Shown here: positions 19,135 through 28,508 of the stretch, piece by piece
How the letters are laid out: the number at the start of each line of letters is the position of its first letter
Numbering within the stretch: the stretch's first letter is position 1
NCBI GenBank assembly: GCA_963643175.1
Contig: CAVIJF010000003.1
Location: 9,649-73,648, forward strand
Direction: 5' to 3'
Length of the DNA: 64,000 nt
Source of the DNA: a bacterium
GTDB taxonomy: Bacteria; Bacillota; Clostridia; Oscillospirales; CAG-272
Position numbers and translations under genes: made by a program
Notes under the pieces: model-generated
What the model saw: only the letters and a program-made list of their open reading frames with translations
Databases searched by the model: none
Told to the model about the DNA's origin: nothing

Positions 19135-19833
19135 TTACGGTTTGCCTGTCTGCGGGATTGCCCGGCCGTGCGCACAGACGGTGCGCAGGGGGCAATCCCC
19201 GCACGCCGGGGCGCGGGCGGTGCACACGTCCCGCCCAAACTGCACGATGCGGTGGCAGAAGTCCGACTGCTCCTCCGGCGGAATGAGCGGGGCGAGTATG
19301 CGCTCCGCACGGACAGGATCCTTCAGATCTTCGGGGTAGAAGCCCAGCCGCCCGCAGATGCGGATGCAGTGCGTGTCCGCCACGATGCCCGGCTGCCCGT
19401 ACAGATCGCCGCGCAGCAGGTTGGCAATCTTGCGCCCCACGCCGGGCAGGGACAGCAGGGTATCCATATCCTCCGGCACCAACCCTGCCCAGTCGGCGGC
19501 GAGAATGGCGCAGGCCGCGCGGATGCTTTCCGCCTTGGTGCGGAACAGCCCGCAGGGACGGATAACGGCTTCAATATCTGCCTGCGGTGCGGCGGCGAGT
19601 GCCTCCGGGGTCGGGTACAGCCGGAACAGCTCCCGGCAGACCTGATTGACCCGCGCATCGGTGCATTGCGCCGACAGCCTTGCCATGACCAGCAGGCGCC
19701 AGCCGTTCCGGCGGCGTACTGTCGGGTCGGGGTCGTACTGCCCGCCCCAGTCCAGCGCGCAGACGGCGGCGGGATAGCGTGCCTTCAGGGCGGCAACAAT
19801 GTCCGCCACCGGTACGGATGTGGTGGAATTCAT
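19135..19833 (-). CDS. nth: Endonuclease III (DNA glycosylase/AP lyase)
   Basis: HhH-GPD motif (LPGVGRKIAN) and a C-terminal 4Fe-4S cluster loop CxxxxxxCxxCxxxxxC. The start is uncertain (19833 or 19887). Confidence 0.85.
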   Translation of the reverse strand: MNSTTSVPVADIVAALKARYPAAVCALDWGGQYDPDPTVRRRNGWRLLVMARLSAQCTDARVNQVCRELFRLYPTPEALAAAPQADIEAVIRPCGLFRTKAESIRAACAILAADWAGLVPEDMDTLLSLPGVGRKIANLLRGDLYGQPGIVADTHCIRICGRLGFYPEDLKDPVRAERILAPLIPPEEQSDFCHRIVQFGRDVCTARAPACGDCPLRTVCAHGRAIPQTGKP

Positions 19834-19861
19834 GGAATCGGTACCCGTTGCCCTGCCGGTA

Positions 19862-20782
19862 TCAGATATACCGGATGGTTGTGGCAACGACCTTGCCGTT
19901 TACGGTGACGATGTTGGAGCCGCTCATGGCACCGGCTTCCAGCTGCATTCCCGCGACCGTGGCGGTCATGTGCGCCCCGTTCACGCGCGTGTGGGGCATC
20001 TCGGCATACACCTGCCCGTCCACAATCAGCTCCTCGCTCTTTCCGACCCGACGGTACTGGATCGGGTGCCCGTCCCATACCGTTTCAATGTACACCCGAA
20101 CCTTTTCGCTGCCCGTTTCATCGGCGGAGCGCAGGATCGGCGTGTTAGGGATGGTCGGCTGCTCTGTCGGGGCGGATTCTGCATCGGCGCGTTCCTCCGC
20201 ATTGGCGGTTGTCGCCGGCATATCCGCAATGGTGCCGTCCGGGTTCAGCGTGAGCGTCCCGTTGGGGAGAGGTTCCCCGGCGGCTTCGGCTTCCGCTGCC
20301 CGTCCGGAGAGCAGCCCGTACCGCACGCCCGTGATGAGATAGTACAGCACGTAAGCATGGAACAGGATATCCATGATGAGGCTGATATGGAAGTTGAGCA
20401 ACAGCCAGACGGAATCCAGGGAGAACAGCACCAACGCCGCAATCATCCAGCCGTAGTGCTTTTTGGAGAATAACCAGCACAGCAGGTACGGCACCAGCAG
20501 AACGGCGGCGATGACGGCACCGATTGCCAGGATTGCTGTCGGGTCAGCGGCAGGCTCCAGTCCGATATCCTCCGGGCTGTATGCCCACGCGGCGGAAAAG
20601 CTGGCTGCATAGTACGGGATGGAAGCGGAGAACAGAAAGTAGAAACTGCCGTTGGCAAGGGAGATTACCGAATTGATGAGGGTGAACAGGATGACCAGCA
20701 ACAGGTTGGTGCGGGCGATCCCGTACTTGCTGGCTGCGATGGCGCTCTTGTCGGGCTGAAACGGGGAATCCTGTCGGTTCAT
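19862..20782 (-). CDS. Hypothetical polytopic membrane protein (306 aa) with Ala/Glu/Pro linker and soluble C-terminal beta-rich domain
   Basis: There are 4-5 hydrophobic helices in the first 150 aa. It starts 19 nt downstream of the preceding gene. Confidence 0.6.
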   Translation of the reverse strand: MNRQDSPFQPDKSAIAASKYGIARTNLLLVILFTLINSVISLANGSFYFLFSASIPYYAASFSAAWAYSPEDIGLEPAADPTAILAIGAVIAAVLLVPYLLCWLFSKKHYGWMIAALVLFSLDSVWLLLNFHISLIMDILFHAYVLYYLITGVRYGLLSGRAAEAEAAGEPLPNGTLTLNPDGTIADMPATTANAEERADAESAPTEQPTIPNTPILRSADETGSEKVRVYIETVWDGHPIQYRRVGKSEELIVDGQVYAEMPHTRVNGAHMTATVAGMQLEAGAMSGSNIVTVNGKVVATTIRYI

Positions 20783-20801
20783 TGTACGATACCTCTTTGT
20801 C

Positions 20802-21725
20802 TTATTTGTCCTCGGTCACGGCATCCGGTTCGGGAATTGACACCAGCTTTTCCAGCTGGGGCAGGTCGTAGCAGGGAATCAGCAGCCCGTAGTTGTCGTC
20901 GTCCGGCGCACGCAGCAGGATGCAGTACCATTTGCGCCCCTTCACGGCGAGCAGACCGGTCTTTTTGAGGTGATAGGGCTTGAAGCGTCCCTCGTCGGGG
21001 CGCTCCTCCTTGAGCCACATATCCACCACGAAGGGGCGGTCGCAGGTTACGCACCCATGAATCGCTCCGGTCGGGATGCGCAGGGTGCATATGCCGTCCG
21101 ACAGGCACAGATCGTTCCCCTGCCGCCATGCGGTGGTCAGCAGACTCTGGAAGCGCCCGTTCCGATCCAGACTGACCGTGCGCTCCCCTTTTTTTGCGTA
21201 CACGAACGGGAAAACATCCAACTCCAGCGCGTTGTCCGGTACGTGCAGCTGGGCACGCGCCTGCCTCTGAAGGCGGTTCATCTCGTTCATGGCGGCTTCA
21301 ATAACGGCGGCGTTCTGCCCGGAGGCATTCGCCTCCTGCCGCTCGCGCGTCTCCTGCATCATGGTTTTCTTCTGGATGCGGTATGCCCAGCTGACCAGCA
21401 CGCCGCCCGCAATCAGCATCGCAAGCAGAATCCACGCGAAATACGCGCGGTCGCCCGCAAACAGCGTGTCGCGCCAGAAAAATATCGGGACAATGGCGAT
21501 AATGGTCAGCAGCAGTCCCAGCCCCAATTGCCAGTTCCCGCGTCCGCCTGCCTGTCTGCCGCGGGGCGGGGTCAGGGGCTGATTGAAGGCTTCAAATGCC
21601 GCATCGGATGCCTGCCGGAGTTTTTCCTCCAGTCCGCTGTCGATGTGCTCTGCGTGGAAGGGCGTGCTGTCCGGACGGACGGAATGCGGATCCTCTGTCC
21701 GGTTGATGGAAAACAGGTTTTTCAC
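20802..21725 (-). CDS. Hypothetical membrane protein (307 aa): two TM helices, a coiled segment and a C-terminal globular domain
   Basis: A GTG start at 21725 is preceded by AAGGAGGAG at 5 nt. The track ORF's longer N-terminus overlaps the upstream gene and is Arg/Pro junk. Confidence 0.6.
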   Translation of the reverse strand: MKNLFSINRTEDPHSVRPDSTPFHAEHIDSGLEEKLRQASDAAFEAFNQPLTPPRGRQAGGRGNWQLGLGLLLTIIAIVPIFFWRDTLFAGDRAYFAWILLAMLIAGGVLVSWAYRIQKKTMMQETRERQEANASGQNAAVIEAAMNEMNRLQRQARAQLHVPDNALELDVFPFVYAKKGERTVSLDRNGRFQSLLTTAWRQGNDLCLSDGICTLRIPTGAIHGCVTCDRPFVVDMWLKEERPDEGRFKPYHLKKTGLLAVKGRKWYCILLRAPDDDNYGLLIPCYDLPQLEKLVSIPEPDAVTEDK

Positions 21726-21747
21726 GGATGCTCCTCCTTGTCGGGTA

Positions 21748-23835
21748 TCATTCCAGATCGGCGTCCTTGACGTACTCCTTGCCGTGCAGGGCGATGAACG
21801 CCTTGCGGGCGGGCAGGTCGTCGCCCAGCAGCGTATCAAACATACGGGCTGTCGCGGCGGCATCGGTCGGCGTGACGGCAATCAGGCGGCGCGTGGCGGG
21901 ATGCATGGTGGTTTCGGACATCATGGCGGGGGTGTTCTCGCCTAGACCCTTGGAGCGCTGGAGCGTGTAGCGGGTATTGCCCAACTGACCCAGTATCTCG
22001 GCTTTCTCAAATTCGTCGTAGGCGAAATAGGTCTTGCTTTTGGTGGTGATTTCAAAGAGCGGCGTCTCCGCGATGAACACCTTGCCTTCCTTCAGCAGGG
22101 TGGGCAGCAGGCGGTAGAACAGCGTCAGAAGCAGTGTGCGTATCTGGAAACCGTCCTCGTCGGCATCCGTACACAGGATAATTTTCGACCAGCGGAGATT
22201 GTCCAGACTGAACTCGGATTTCTCATCCTTCCGCTTGTTGCCTGTTATCTCTATGCCGCATCCGATGACGCGGATGAGGTCGGAGATGATGTCGCTCTTG
22301 GCGATGCGGTTGTAGTCCGCCTTGAGGCAGTTGAGCGTTTTACCGCGCACCGGAATGACCGCCTGAAATTCCGGGTCGCGTGCCAGCTTGACCGATGTCA
22401 GGGCGGAATCGCCCTCCACGATGTACAGCTCCCGGCGCGTGGCGTCCTTGGTGCGGCAGTTCACGAACTTTTCCACCCGGTTGGACATATCCACAACGGT
22501 ATTGAACTGCCGACGTAGCAGGCTCTTCTGCGATTCGGCGCTTTCGCGGCTCCGCTTGTTGTTCAGCACCCGACCGGTGAAAACCTCCGCCTCGGTGGGA
22601 TGCTCCATGAAGTATATCTCCAGCTGTTCGCGCAGGAAGGCGTTCATGGCGCTGTAAATAAAGGTGTTGGTGATGGCTTTCTTGGTCTGGTTCTCGTAGG
22701 ACGTCTGGGTCGAGAAGCTGTTGATGACCAGCACCAGACAGTCCTCGATATCCGGAAATGTGACGCGGGACTCGTTCTGCTTGTACTTCTTGCCCGCCCG
22801 CAGGAACTTGTCCACGGCGTACACAAACGCGGAACGGACCGCCTTGTCCGGTGAGCCGCCGTGCTCCAGAAAGCTGGAGTTGTGGTAATACTCCAGCATG
22901 GGCGCGGAGGCGGAGGCGGAAAAGACAAAATCTGCCTTGAGCTTGTAGTCGGGCTTGTCCGCACGGTCGCGCCCGGATGTTTCCAGACGCCACTGTGCCG
23001 TCGGGACGAGCAGGCTTTCCCCCTCCTTCTCGGCAACGTAGTCGGCGATGCCGTCCCGGTAGTAGAAGGATTCCAGCGGGAAACTGCCGTCCTCCTGCTC
23101 GAAAAGCAGGTCAAAGCGCACGCCTGCGTTTACCACCGCCTGCCGCCGCAGTACATCGGTGAGAAATTCGTGCGGGATGCGTATGTCGGTGAACACGTCC
23201 AGATCGGGGCGCCAGCGTATGACGGTTCCCGTCCGGGCGTTCTTTTTGTCCAGCGGTTCCTCGGTCAGCTCACCGGCGACCTCGCCTTTGCGGAAGGAGA
23301 TGCTCCGCCGGACCTGCCCGTTGTAGGATGCGACCTCCATGTATTCGGAGGAATACTGCGTCGCGCAGGCGCCCAGACCGTTCAGACCCAGCGAATACTC
23401 GTAGGCGGAGCCGTTGCTGTTGTTGTCGTACTTGCCGCCCGCGTACAGCTCGCAGTAGATGAGGTCCCAGTTCCAGCGACCCTCACGCTCGTTCCAGCCC
23501 AACGGCACGCCGCGCCCGTGGTCGTCCACCTCAATGCTGAAGTCACGGAAGTACGTGACCTTAATCACCGATCCGTGCCCCTCGCGTGCCTCGTCCACGG
23601 CGTTGGACAGTATTTCAAAGAAGGAGTGCTCGCAGCCCTCCAGCCCGTCCGAGCCGAAAATTACTCCGGGGCGCTTGCGGACGCGGTCGGCGCCCTTGAG
23701 CGATGTGATGCTTTCGTCGCCGTATCCGCCCGATTTTGCGGATGCCGCTTTTGTCGTCTTCTTTTCCTTCTGCGCGGCGGCAGCGGCTGTCGCGGCGCTC
23801 TTTTTTTCTTCGGTTATACCGGTTTTCTGGGACAT
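21748..23835 (-). CDS. Type IIA DNA topoisomerase subunit B (ParE/GyrB family), divergent, with Lys/Ala-rich N-terminal extension
   Basis: GHKL ATPase motif (EILSNAVDEA, LNGLGA), transducer, Toprim (ELYIVEGDSA...DADEDG) and a C-terminal LLGDDLPARKAFI tail. Confidence 0.85.
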   Translation of the reverse strand: MSQKTGITEEKKSAATAAAAAQKEKKTTKAASAKSGGYGDESITSLKGADRVRKRPGVIFGSDGLEGCEHSFFEILSNAVDEAREGHGSVIKVTYFRDFSIEVDDHGRGVPLGWNEREGRWNWDLIYCELYAGGKYDNNSNGSAYEYSLGLNGLGACATQYSSEYMEVASYNGQVRRSISFRKGEVAGELTEEPLDKKNARTGTVIRWRPDLDVFTDIRIPHEFLTDVLRRQAVVNAGVRFDLLFEQEDGSFPLESFYYRDGIADYVAEKEGESLLVPTAQWRLETSGRDRADKPDYKLKADFVFSASASAPMLEYYHNSSFLEHGGSPDKAVRSAFVYAVDKFLRAGKKYKQNESRVTFPDIEDCLVLVINSFSTQTSYENQTKKAITNTFIYSAMNAFLREQLEIYFMEHPTEAEVFTGRVLNNKRSRESAESQKSLLRRQFNTVVDMSNRVEKFVNCRTKDATRRELYIVEGDSALTSVKLARDPEFQAVIPVRGKTLNCLKADYNRIAKSDIISDLIRVIGCGIEITGNKRKDEKSEFSLDNLRWSKIILCTDADEDGFQIRTLLLTLFYRLLPTLLKEGKVFIAETPLFEITTKSKTYFAYDEFEKAEILGQLGNTRYTLQRSKGLGENTPAMMSETTMHPATRRLIAVTPTDAAATARMFDTLLGDDLPARKAFIALHGKEYVKDADLE

Positions 23836-23907
23836 GGTTCTTTCCTGCCTTCATTATTACGTGCGCATATATGTGTTTACCCGTTCCCGGATATATACTC
23901 TCATCCC

Positions 23908-23936
23908 ATTATACCACACCCGCCGGTAAAAAGCAA
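23908..23936 (-). promoter_or_regulatory. Sigma-70-type promoter of the topoisomerase-B operon
   Basis: The minus strand reads TTGCTT-17 nt-TATAAT. Confidence 0.5.
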
Positions 23937-23959
23937 GGCTTTTTTGCGGCGGCAATATG

Positions 23960-24190
23960 TCCGGCGGCTTTTGCTGCCGGCGCAGTTGCAGGGACGCCGG
24001 GGGCGATGCCCCCGGCAAAATAAAGTAGAGGTTTCCCCCTTCCCCCTCCGGGGAAGAGCGCTCTGCGAGCGCGGGTCGGGGGGATGGGGGCAACAAAACT
24101 GGTTCGGGGCAGGGAAAAACCGGAGACGCGGGGTACAGGCACCCCTCCCGGTATCGGAAACACCGGAAAGTCCCCACTCCCACCGCAATA
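23960..24190 (+). repeat. GC-rich intergenic repeat, copy C
   Basis: The core is at 23981-24090. Hairpin 1 is the variant GCCGGGGGC-gat-GCCCCCGGC, the linker is AAAATAAAGTAGAG, hairpin 2 is CTTCCCC..GGGGAAGAGCG, and the tail is CGGGGGGATGGGG. Confidence 0.8.
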
Positions 24191-24203
24191 TTTCAAAAAT
24201 CCC

Positions 24204-24232
24204 TTGACAAATCCGGAAGAGTGTGCTATAAT
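24204..24232 (+). promoter_or_regulatory. Sigma-70-type promoter of ylxM-ffh-rpsP
   Basis: CCCTTGACA-17 nt-TATAAT with an extended -10 TG. Confidence 0.6.
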
Positions 24233-24285
24233 CTGTAAAGCGTTTTGCTTTACACCCGCGCGGCGTGAAAGGACGGTTTCACGGT

Positions 24286-24630
24286 ATGTTTGAAAAGAAC
24301 CTGGAAGTGGGACTTTTGCTGGACTTTTACGGAGACATCCTGCCCGAACGCAGGCGCGAAATGATAGAACTGTACTATAACGATGACCTGTCGCTCGCCG
24401 AGGTTGCGGAGCAGCTGGGCGTGACACGGCAGGCGGTGCGTGAGACTGTAAAGAAAACCGAAACGGAGCTGTACTTCTACGAGGAAAAGCTGGGACTGCT
24501 CCGGCGGTTCACCGAGGCGCAGAACTGCGCCGGACGTATCCGCGCCCTCTGCGCGGCAGAGAAAAACGGCGTGTCACCGGCACTGCGCGAGGCAATCGAC
24601 AGACTCTGCGATGCCGTCGGCGCCGGATGA
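24286..24630 (+). CDS. ylxM: YlxM/UPF0122 putative DNA-binding protein (sigma-70 region-4-like HTH)
   Basis: LLDFYGDILPERRREMIELYYNDDLSLAEVAEQLGVTRQAV. It occupies the conserved position directly upstream of ffh. Confidence 0.85.
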   Translation: MFEKNLEVGLLLDFYGDILPERRREMIELYYNDDLSLAEVAEQLGVTRQAVRETVKKTETELYFYEEKLGLLRRFTEAQNCAGRIRALCAAEKNGVSPALREAIDRLCDAVGAG

Positions 24631-24703
24631 TACGGATTTTACGATACTGAACAGGATACCGGCACCCCGCACGGGTGCCTATGGAAGGGAGGCGCTGTGC
24701 CAC

Positions 24704-26059
24704 ATGGCGATGTTTTCAAGTCTCAGTGAGAAGCTGGAGAATGCATTCCGGAAATTCCGCAGCCGCGGAAAGCTGACCGAAGCCGATGTCAAGGCGGGAA
24801 TGCGGGAAATCAAGCTCGCCCTGCTGGAGGCGGACGTCAACTTCAAGGTTGTCAAGGACTTTGTACGCATCGTGTCCGAACGCGCGGTGGGGACGGAAGT
24901 GATGGAATCCCTCATGCCCGGACAGCAGATTGTCAAAATCGTGGACGAGGAACTGACCCGCCTGATGGGCGGTACGCAGTCCAAGTTGGAAATCTCGCCC
25001 AAGCCGCCGACGGTTATTATGATGGTCGGTCTGCAGGGCGCCGGTAAAACCACCCATGCCGGCAAGCTCGCGGGAATGTACAAGAAGCAGGGCAAGCGCC
25101 CGCTGCTGGTTGCCTGCGATGTCTACCGCCCGGCGGCAATCAAACAGTTGGAAGTGCTGGGCGAAAAGCTGGACATTCCGGTATTCCAGATGGGCGACAG
25201 GGAAGACCCTGTCCGCATTGCCGCCGAAGGCGTGAAATTCGCCGTGCAGAAGGGCTATGACATGGTGTTCATAGACACCGCCGGACGGCTGCAGATTGAC
25301 GAGGCGCTCATGAACGAGCTGATCCGCATCAAGCAGACGGTCAACCCGACGGAAATTCTGCTGACGGTGGATGCCATGATCGGACAGGAGTCCGTCAATG
25401 TCGCGGAAACCTTCAACAATCTGCTGGACATCACCGGCGTGATTCTGACCAAGCTGGATGGCGACACGCGGGGCGGTGCTGCCCTGTCCATCCGCTACGT
25501 CATCGGCAAGCCGATTAAATTCGTCGGCATCGGGGAAAAGCTGGACGCCATCGAGCCGTTCTACCCCGACCGCATGGCGAACCGCATTCTCGGAATGGGC
25601 GACGTGCTGACGCTTATCGACAAGGCACAGCAGCAGTTTGACGAGAAAAAAGCGGTGGAGCTGGAGCAGAAAATCCGTCAGTCCACTTTCACGCTGGATG
25701 ACTATCTGGATCAGTTTGAGCAGCTCAAAAACATGGGCTCGCTGGAACAGCTTGCCGGCATGATTCCCGGCGTCAAGCCCGGCGCACTCAAGGACGCGCA
25801 GATTGACGAGAAGGCGCTGGCGCACCAGCAGGCAATCATCCGTGCCATGACAGCCGATGAACGCCGCCGCCCGGATGTTGTCCTCAATGCCAGCCGCAAG
25901 AAGCGCATCGCCGCCGGAAGCGGTACGACGGTGGAGGAAATCAACAAGCTGCTCAAACAGTTTGAGCAGATACGCAGGCTGATGAAACAGTTTGCGGACA
26001 TGGGCGGAAAGCCCGGCAGAAAGGGACGCCCTGGCAGGGGAATGCGGTTCCCGTTCTGA
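24704..26059 (+). CDS. ffh: Signal recognition particle protein Ffh
   Basis: N-terminus [15 protein letters not shown], GTPase motifs [15 protein letters not shown] and TKLDGD, and a Met-rich M domain. Confidence 0.95.
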   Translation: MAMFSSLSEKLENAFRKFRSRGKLTEADVKAGMREIKLALLEADVNFKVVKDFVRIVSERAVGTEVMESLMPGQQIVKIVDEELTRLMGGTQSKLEISPKPPTVIMMVGLQGAGKTTHAGKLAGMYKKQGKRPLLVACDVYRPAAIKQLEVLGEKLDIPVFQMGDREDPVRIAAEGVKFAVQKGYDMVFIDTAGRLQIDEALMNELIRIKQTVNPTEILLTVDAMIGQESVNVAETFNNLLDITGVILTKLDGDTRGGAALSIRYVIGKPIKFVGIGEKLDAIEPFYPDRMANRILGMGDVLTLIDKAQQQFDEKKAVELEQKIRQSTFTLDDYLDQFEQLKNMGSLEQLAGMIPGVKPGALKDAQIDEKALAHQQAIIRAMTADERRRPDVVLNASRKKRIAAGSGTTVEEINKLLKQFEQIRRLMKQFADMGGKPGRKGRPGRGMRFPF

Positions 26060-26150
26060 AATTCCCTTCCGAAACTTTCATGCCGCCCCACTGCGGGCGG
26101 AGGAAGCTGAAATCATACACAATAAAACAATTTACTGGAGGAACAAAACA

Positions 26151-26393
26151 ATGGTCAAGATCAGACTGACAAGAACCGGAGCAAAGAAGGCTCCCAGCTA
26201 CCGTGTGGTTGTGGCGGACAGCCGCTATCCCCGCGACGGCCGTTTCATCGACATCATCGGCACCTACAACCCCATGGTGAAGCCTGCTGAGATCAAGCTG
26301 GACGCCGACAAGGCGAAGGATTGGCTCTCCAAGGGTGCTCAGCCCACCGAAACCGTCAAGTCCCTGTTCAAGAAGAACGGCATCCTCGCCTGA
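26151..26393 (+). CDS. rpsP: 30S ribosomal protein S16
   Basis: [44 protein letters not shown] is GGAGGAACAAAACA. Confidence 0.95.
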   Translation: MVKIRLTRTGAKKAPSYRVVVADSRYPRDGRFIDIIGTYNPMVKPAEIKLDADKAKDWLSKGAQPTETVKSLFKKNGILA

Positions 26394-26412
26394 TTCTCCC
26401 CTGGTACACCCT

Positions 26413-26649
26413 ATGGCAGAGCTTCAGACGACACTCCGCGACATAGCTGCCGCTATCGTGGATCATCCGGATGAGGTTGCCGTCACGTGCGAGGAAACCG
26501 AGGACTCCGTGACCCTGACCCTGAGCGTTGCTCCCGACGACATGGGCATGGTCATCGGACGCCACGGGCGCATTGCCAAGGCAATCCGTACCGTTATCAA
26601 GGCAGCCTCCGCCAACTGCGGTAAGCGCGTCAACGTCGATATACGCTGA
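26413..26649 (+). CDS. ylqC: KH-domain RNA-binding protein (YlqC family)
   Basis: GMVIGRHGRIAKAIRTV is a KH GxxG motif. It occupies the conserved position after rpsP. Confidence 0.85.
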   Translation: MAELQTTLRDIAAAIVDHPDEVAVTCEETEDSVTLTLSVAPDDMGMVIGRHGRIAKAIRTVIKAASANCGKRVNVDIR

Positions 26650-26750
26650 CCGCTCGGAGAGGCGTCACCGCACCGCCGGAACCGTGCCGTGCGCGACCGC
26701 CTCACAATCAGGGAACACGGTCCCACCGGCGGTTCCCCCCAAAAAAGCAC

Positions 26751-26798
26751 CCGTCTGCGATTCTCCGGAATCGGACGGGTGCTTTTTTGATGTGCGGT
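26751..26798. terminator. Bidirectional intrinsic terminator (SRP operon / citrate synthase convergent)
   Basis: AAAAAAGCACCCGTC...GACGGGTGCTTTTTT. Confidence 0.8.
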
Positions 26799-26799
26799 A

Positions 26800-28197
26800 T
26801 CAGCGCCGGGTCAGATCCGTGTAGGGGCGTTCCCGCTCGATGCACTTGTAACCGGGGCGCATAATCTTGCCGGAGGACAGGATTTCCTCCATGCGGTGTG
26901 CGCACCAGCCCGCTGTGCGGGCAATGGTGAAGAGCGGCGTGTACATTTCGGTCGGGATGCCCAGCATCCGGTATACCAGACCGGAATACAGATCGACATT
27001 GGCACACATATCGTGGTGATTGCCCTTGTACGTGCTGAACACCTCCGGCGTCAGGCGCTCGATGGATTCAAGCAGTGCGAAGTCCTCGCCGTAGCCTTTC
27101 TCCTCCGCAAGCCGGCGTGCGTAGCGCTTGAGCATGACGGCGCGGGGGTCGGACTTGGTGTAGACCGCGTGCCCCATGCCGTAAATCAGACCGGAGCCGT
27201 CGTTTGCCTCGCCCTTCAGGATGCGCAGCAGGAATTCGGACAGCTCGTCGTCGCTGTGCGGGTTGCGGACATTCGCCTTTACGCAGTCGAACATTTCCTG
27301 TACCTTGATGTTTGCGCCGCCGTGCAGGGGACCCTTCAGCGCACCGATGCCCGCCGCGATGGCGGAATAGGTGTCGGTGCCGGTGGAGGACAGCACGCGC
27401 GTGGCGAAGGTGGATGCATTACCGCCGCCGTGCTCGGCGTGGATGATGAGGCACAGATCCAACAGGTGCGCCTCCTCCGGCGTGTAGCTCTTGTCGGGGC
27501 GCAGGACGCGCAGGAAGTTTTCCGCCGTGGACAGTCCGTCACGCGGGTTGTGCAGGGTAAGCGACTTGTTGAAAAAGGCGTTGCGGTACACGGAGTATGC
27601 CTGCCCGGCAATGACGGGCAGCCGTGCCACCAGCTCCATGGACTGCCGCATCATGTTCTCCAGCGACGTGTCATCCGGGTTGTCGTCGTAGGCGTATAGC
27701 GACAGAACCGCGACTTCCAGCTTGTTCATGATGGAGCGCGACGGTGCTTTCATGATGATATCCTCGGTAAACCGGGGCGGCAGATGCCGAAGCATCGCCA
27801 GCACATCGGTGAACTCCTGCAGCTCCAGCCGCGAGGGCAGATGCCCCATGAACAGCAGGAAGGCGCATTCCTCAAAGCCGAACCGTCCGTCCGCAACACA
27901 GCCTTCCAGCAGGTCGCGCATATTGTAGCCGCGGTACTCCAGCACGCCGTCAACCGGGCACTTTTCGCCCTCGTTGACCACGTAGCCGTGCGCATTGCCG
28001 ATGCGGGTCACACCCGCGGTCACGCCGGTTCCGTCCGGCTCGCGCAGTCCGCGCTTGACCTTGTAGCTGTCGAAAGCGGAAGCGGGGATGGTATAGGCGG
28101 TGCGGCATGAGTCCAGCAGATTGCGGAACTCGCCCTCGGTTCTCTCCTCCGCCTCCGGCGGCAGCTGGCAGTATTTCAAAGTAGATTCCAATGACAT
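26800..28197 (-). CDS. Citrate synthase (citrate/2-methylcitrate synthase family)
   Basis: GMGHAVYTKSDPRA and LIIHAEHGGGNASTF signatures. The ATG at 28197 follows GGGAGGAGG. Confidence 0.88.
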   Translation of the reverse strand: MSLESTLKYCQLPPEAEERTEGEFRNLLDSCRTAYTIPASAFDSYKVKRGLREPDGTGVTAGVTRIGNAHGYVVNEGEKCPVDGVLEYRGYNMRDLLEGCVADGRFGFEECAFLLFMGHLPSRLELQEFTDVLAMLRHLPPRFTEDIIMKAPSRSIMNKLEVAVLSLYAYDDNPDDTSLENMMRQSMELVARLPVIAGQAYSVYRNAFFNKSLTLHNPRDGLSTAENFLRVLRPDKSYTPEEAHLLDLCLIIHAEHGGGNASTFATRVLSSTGTDTYSAIAAGIGALKGPLHGGANIKVQEMFDCVKANVRNPHSDDELSEFLLRILKGEANDGSGLIYGMGHAVYTKSDPRAVMLKRYARRLAEEKGYGEDFALLESIERLTPEVFSTYKGNHHDMCANVDLYSGLVYRMLGIPTEMYTPLFTIARTAGWCAHRMEEILSSGKIMRPGYKCIERERPYTDLTRR

Positions 28198-28264
28198 GAA
28201 TGTGACCTCCTCCCATCGCACGCCCGGTGCGTGCGGCGACCGCATAGCGGCTGTATAGATATAC

Positions 28265-28293
28265 AGTATAACACACATTGACACGATTTGCAA
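28265..28293 (-). promoter_or_regulatory. Sigma-70-type promoter of citrate synthase
   Basis: The minus strand reads TTGCAA-17 nt-TATACT with an extended -10 TG. Confidence 0.5.
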
Positions 28294-28450
28294 GATGCCG
28301 GGGCAATAATTTCAAAATATTTCACAATTCCGGGGAAATGTCTCCGGATACGGTGCGGATTTGCATATTTAACGTGCGAATCCGGCATGAAACAGCAAAA
28401 AGGCGGCGGGACAGCCGGCAGGCGGCGCATAAAAACACAGCATAAACATA

Positions 28451-28477
28451 GGGCGCATCCGGAAACCGAATGCGCCC
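28451..28477 (-). terminator. Intrinsic terminator of rpsB-tsf
   Basis: The minus strand reads GGGCGCAT-tcggtttccgg-ATGCGCCC followed by a T-rich tract. Confidence 0.55.
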
Positions 28478-28508
28478 CTGCGGACTGTATAATGAACTTG
28501 AGGAAGGA

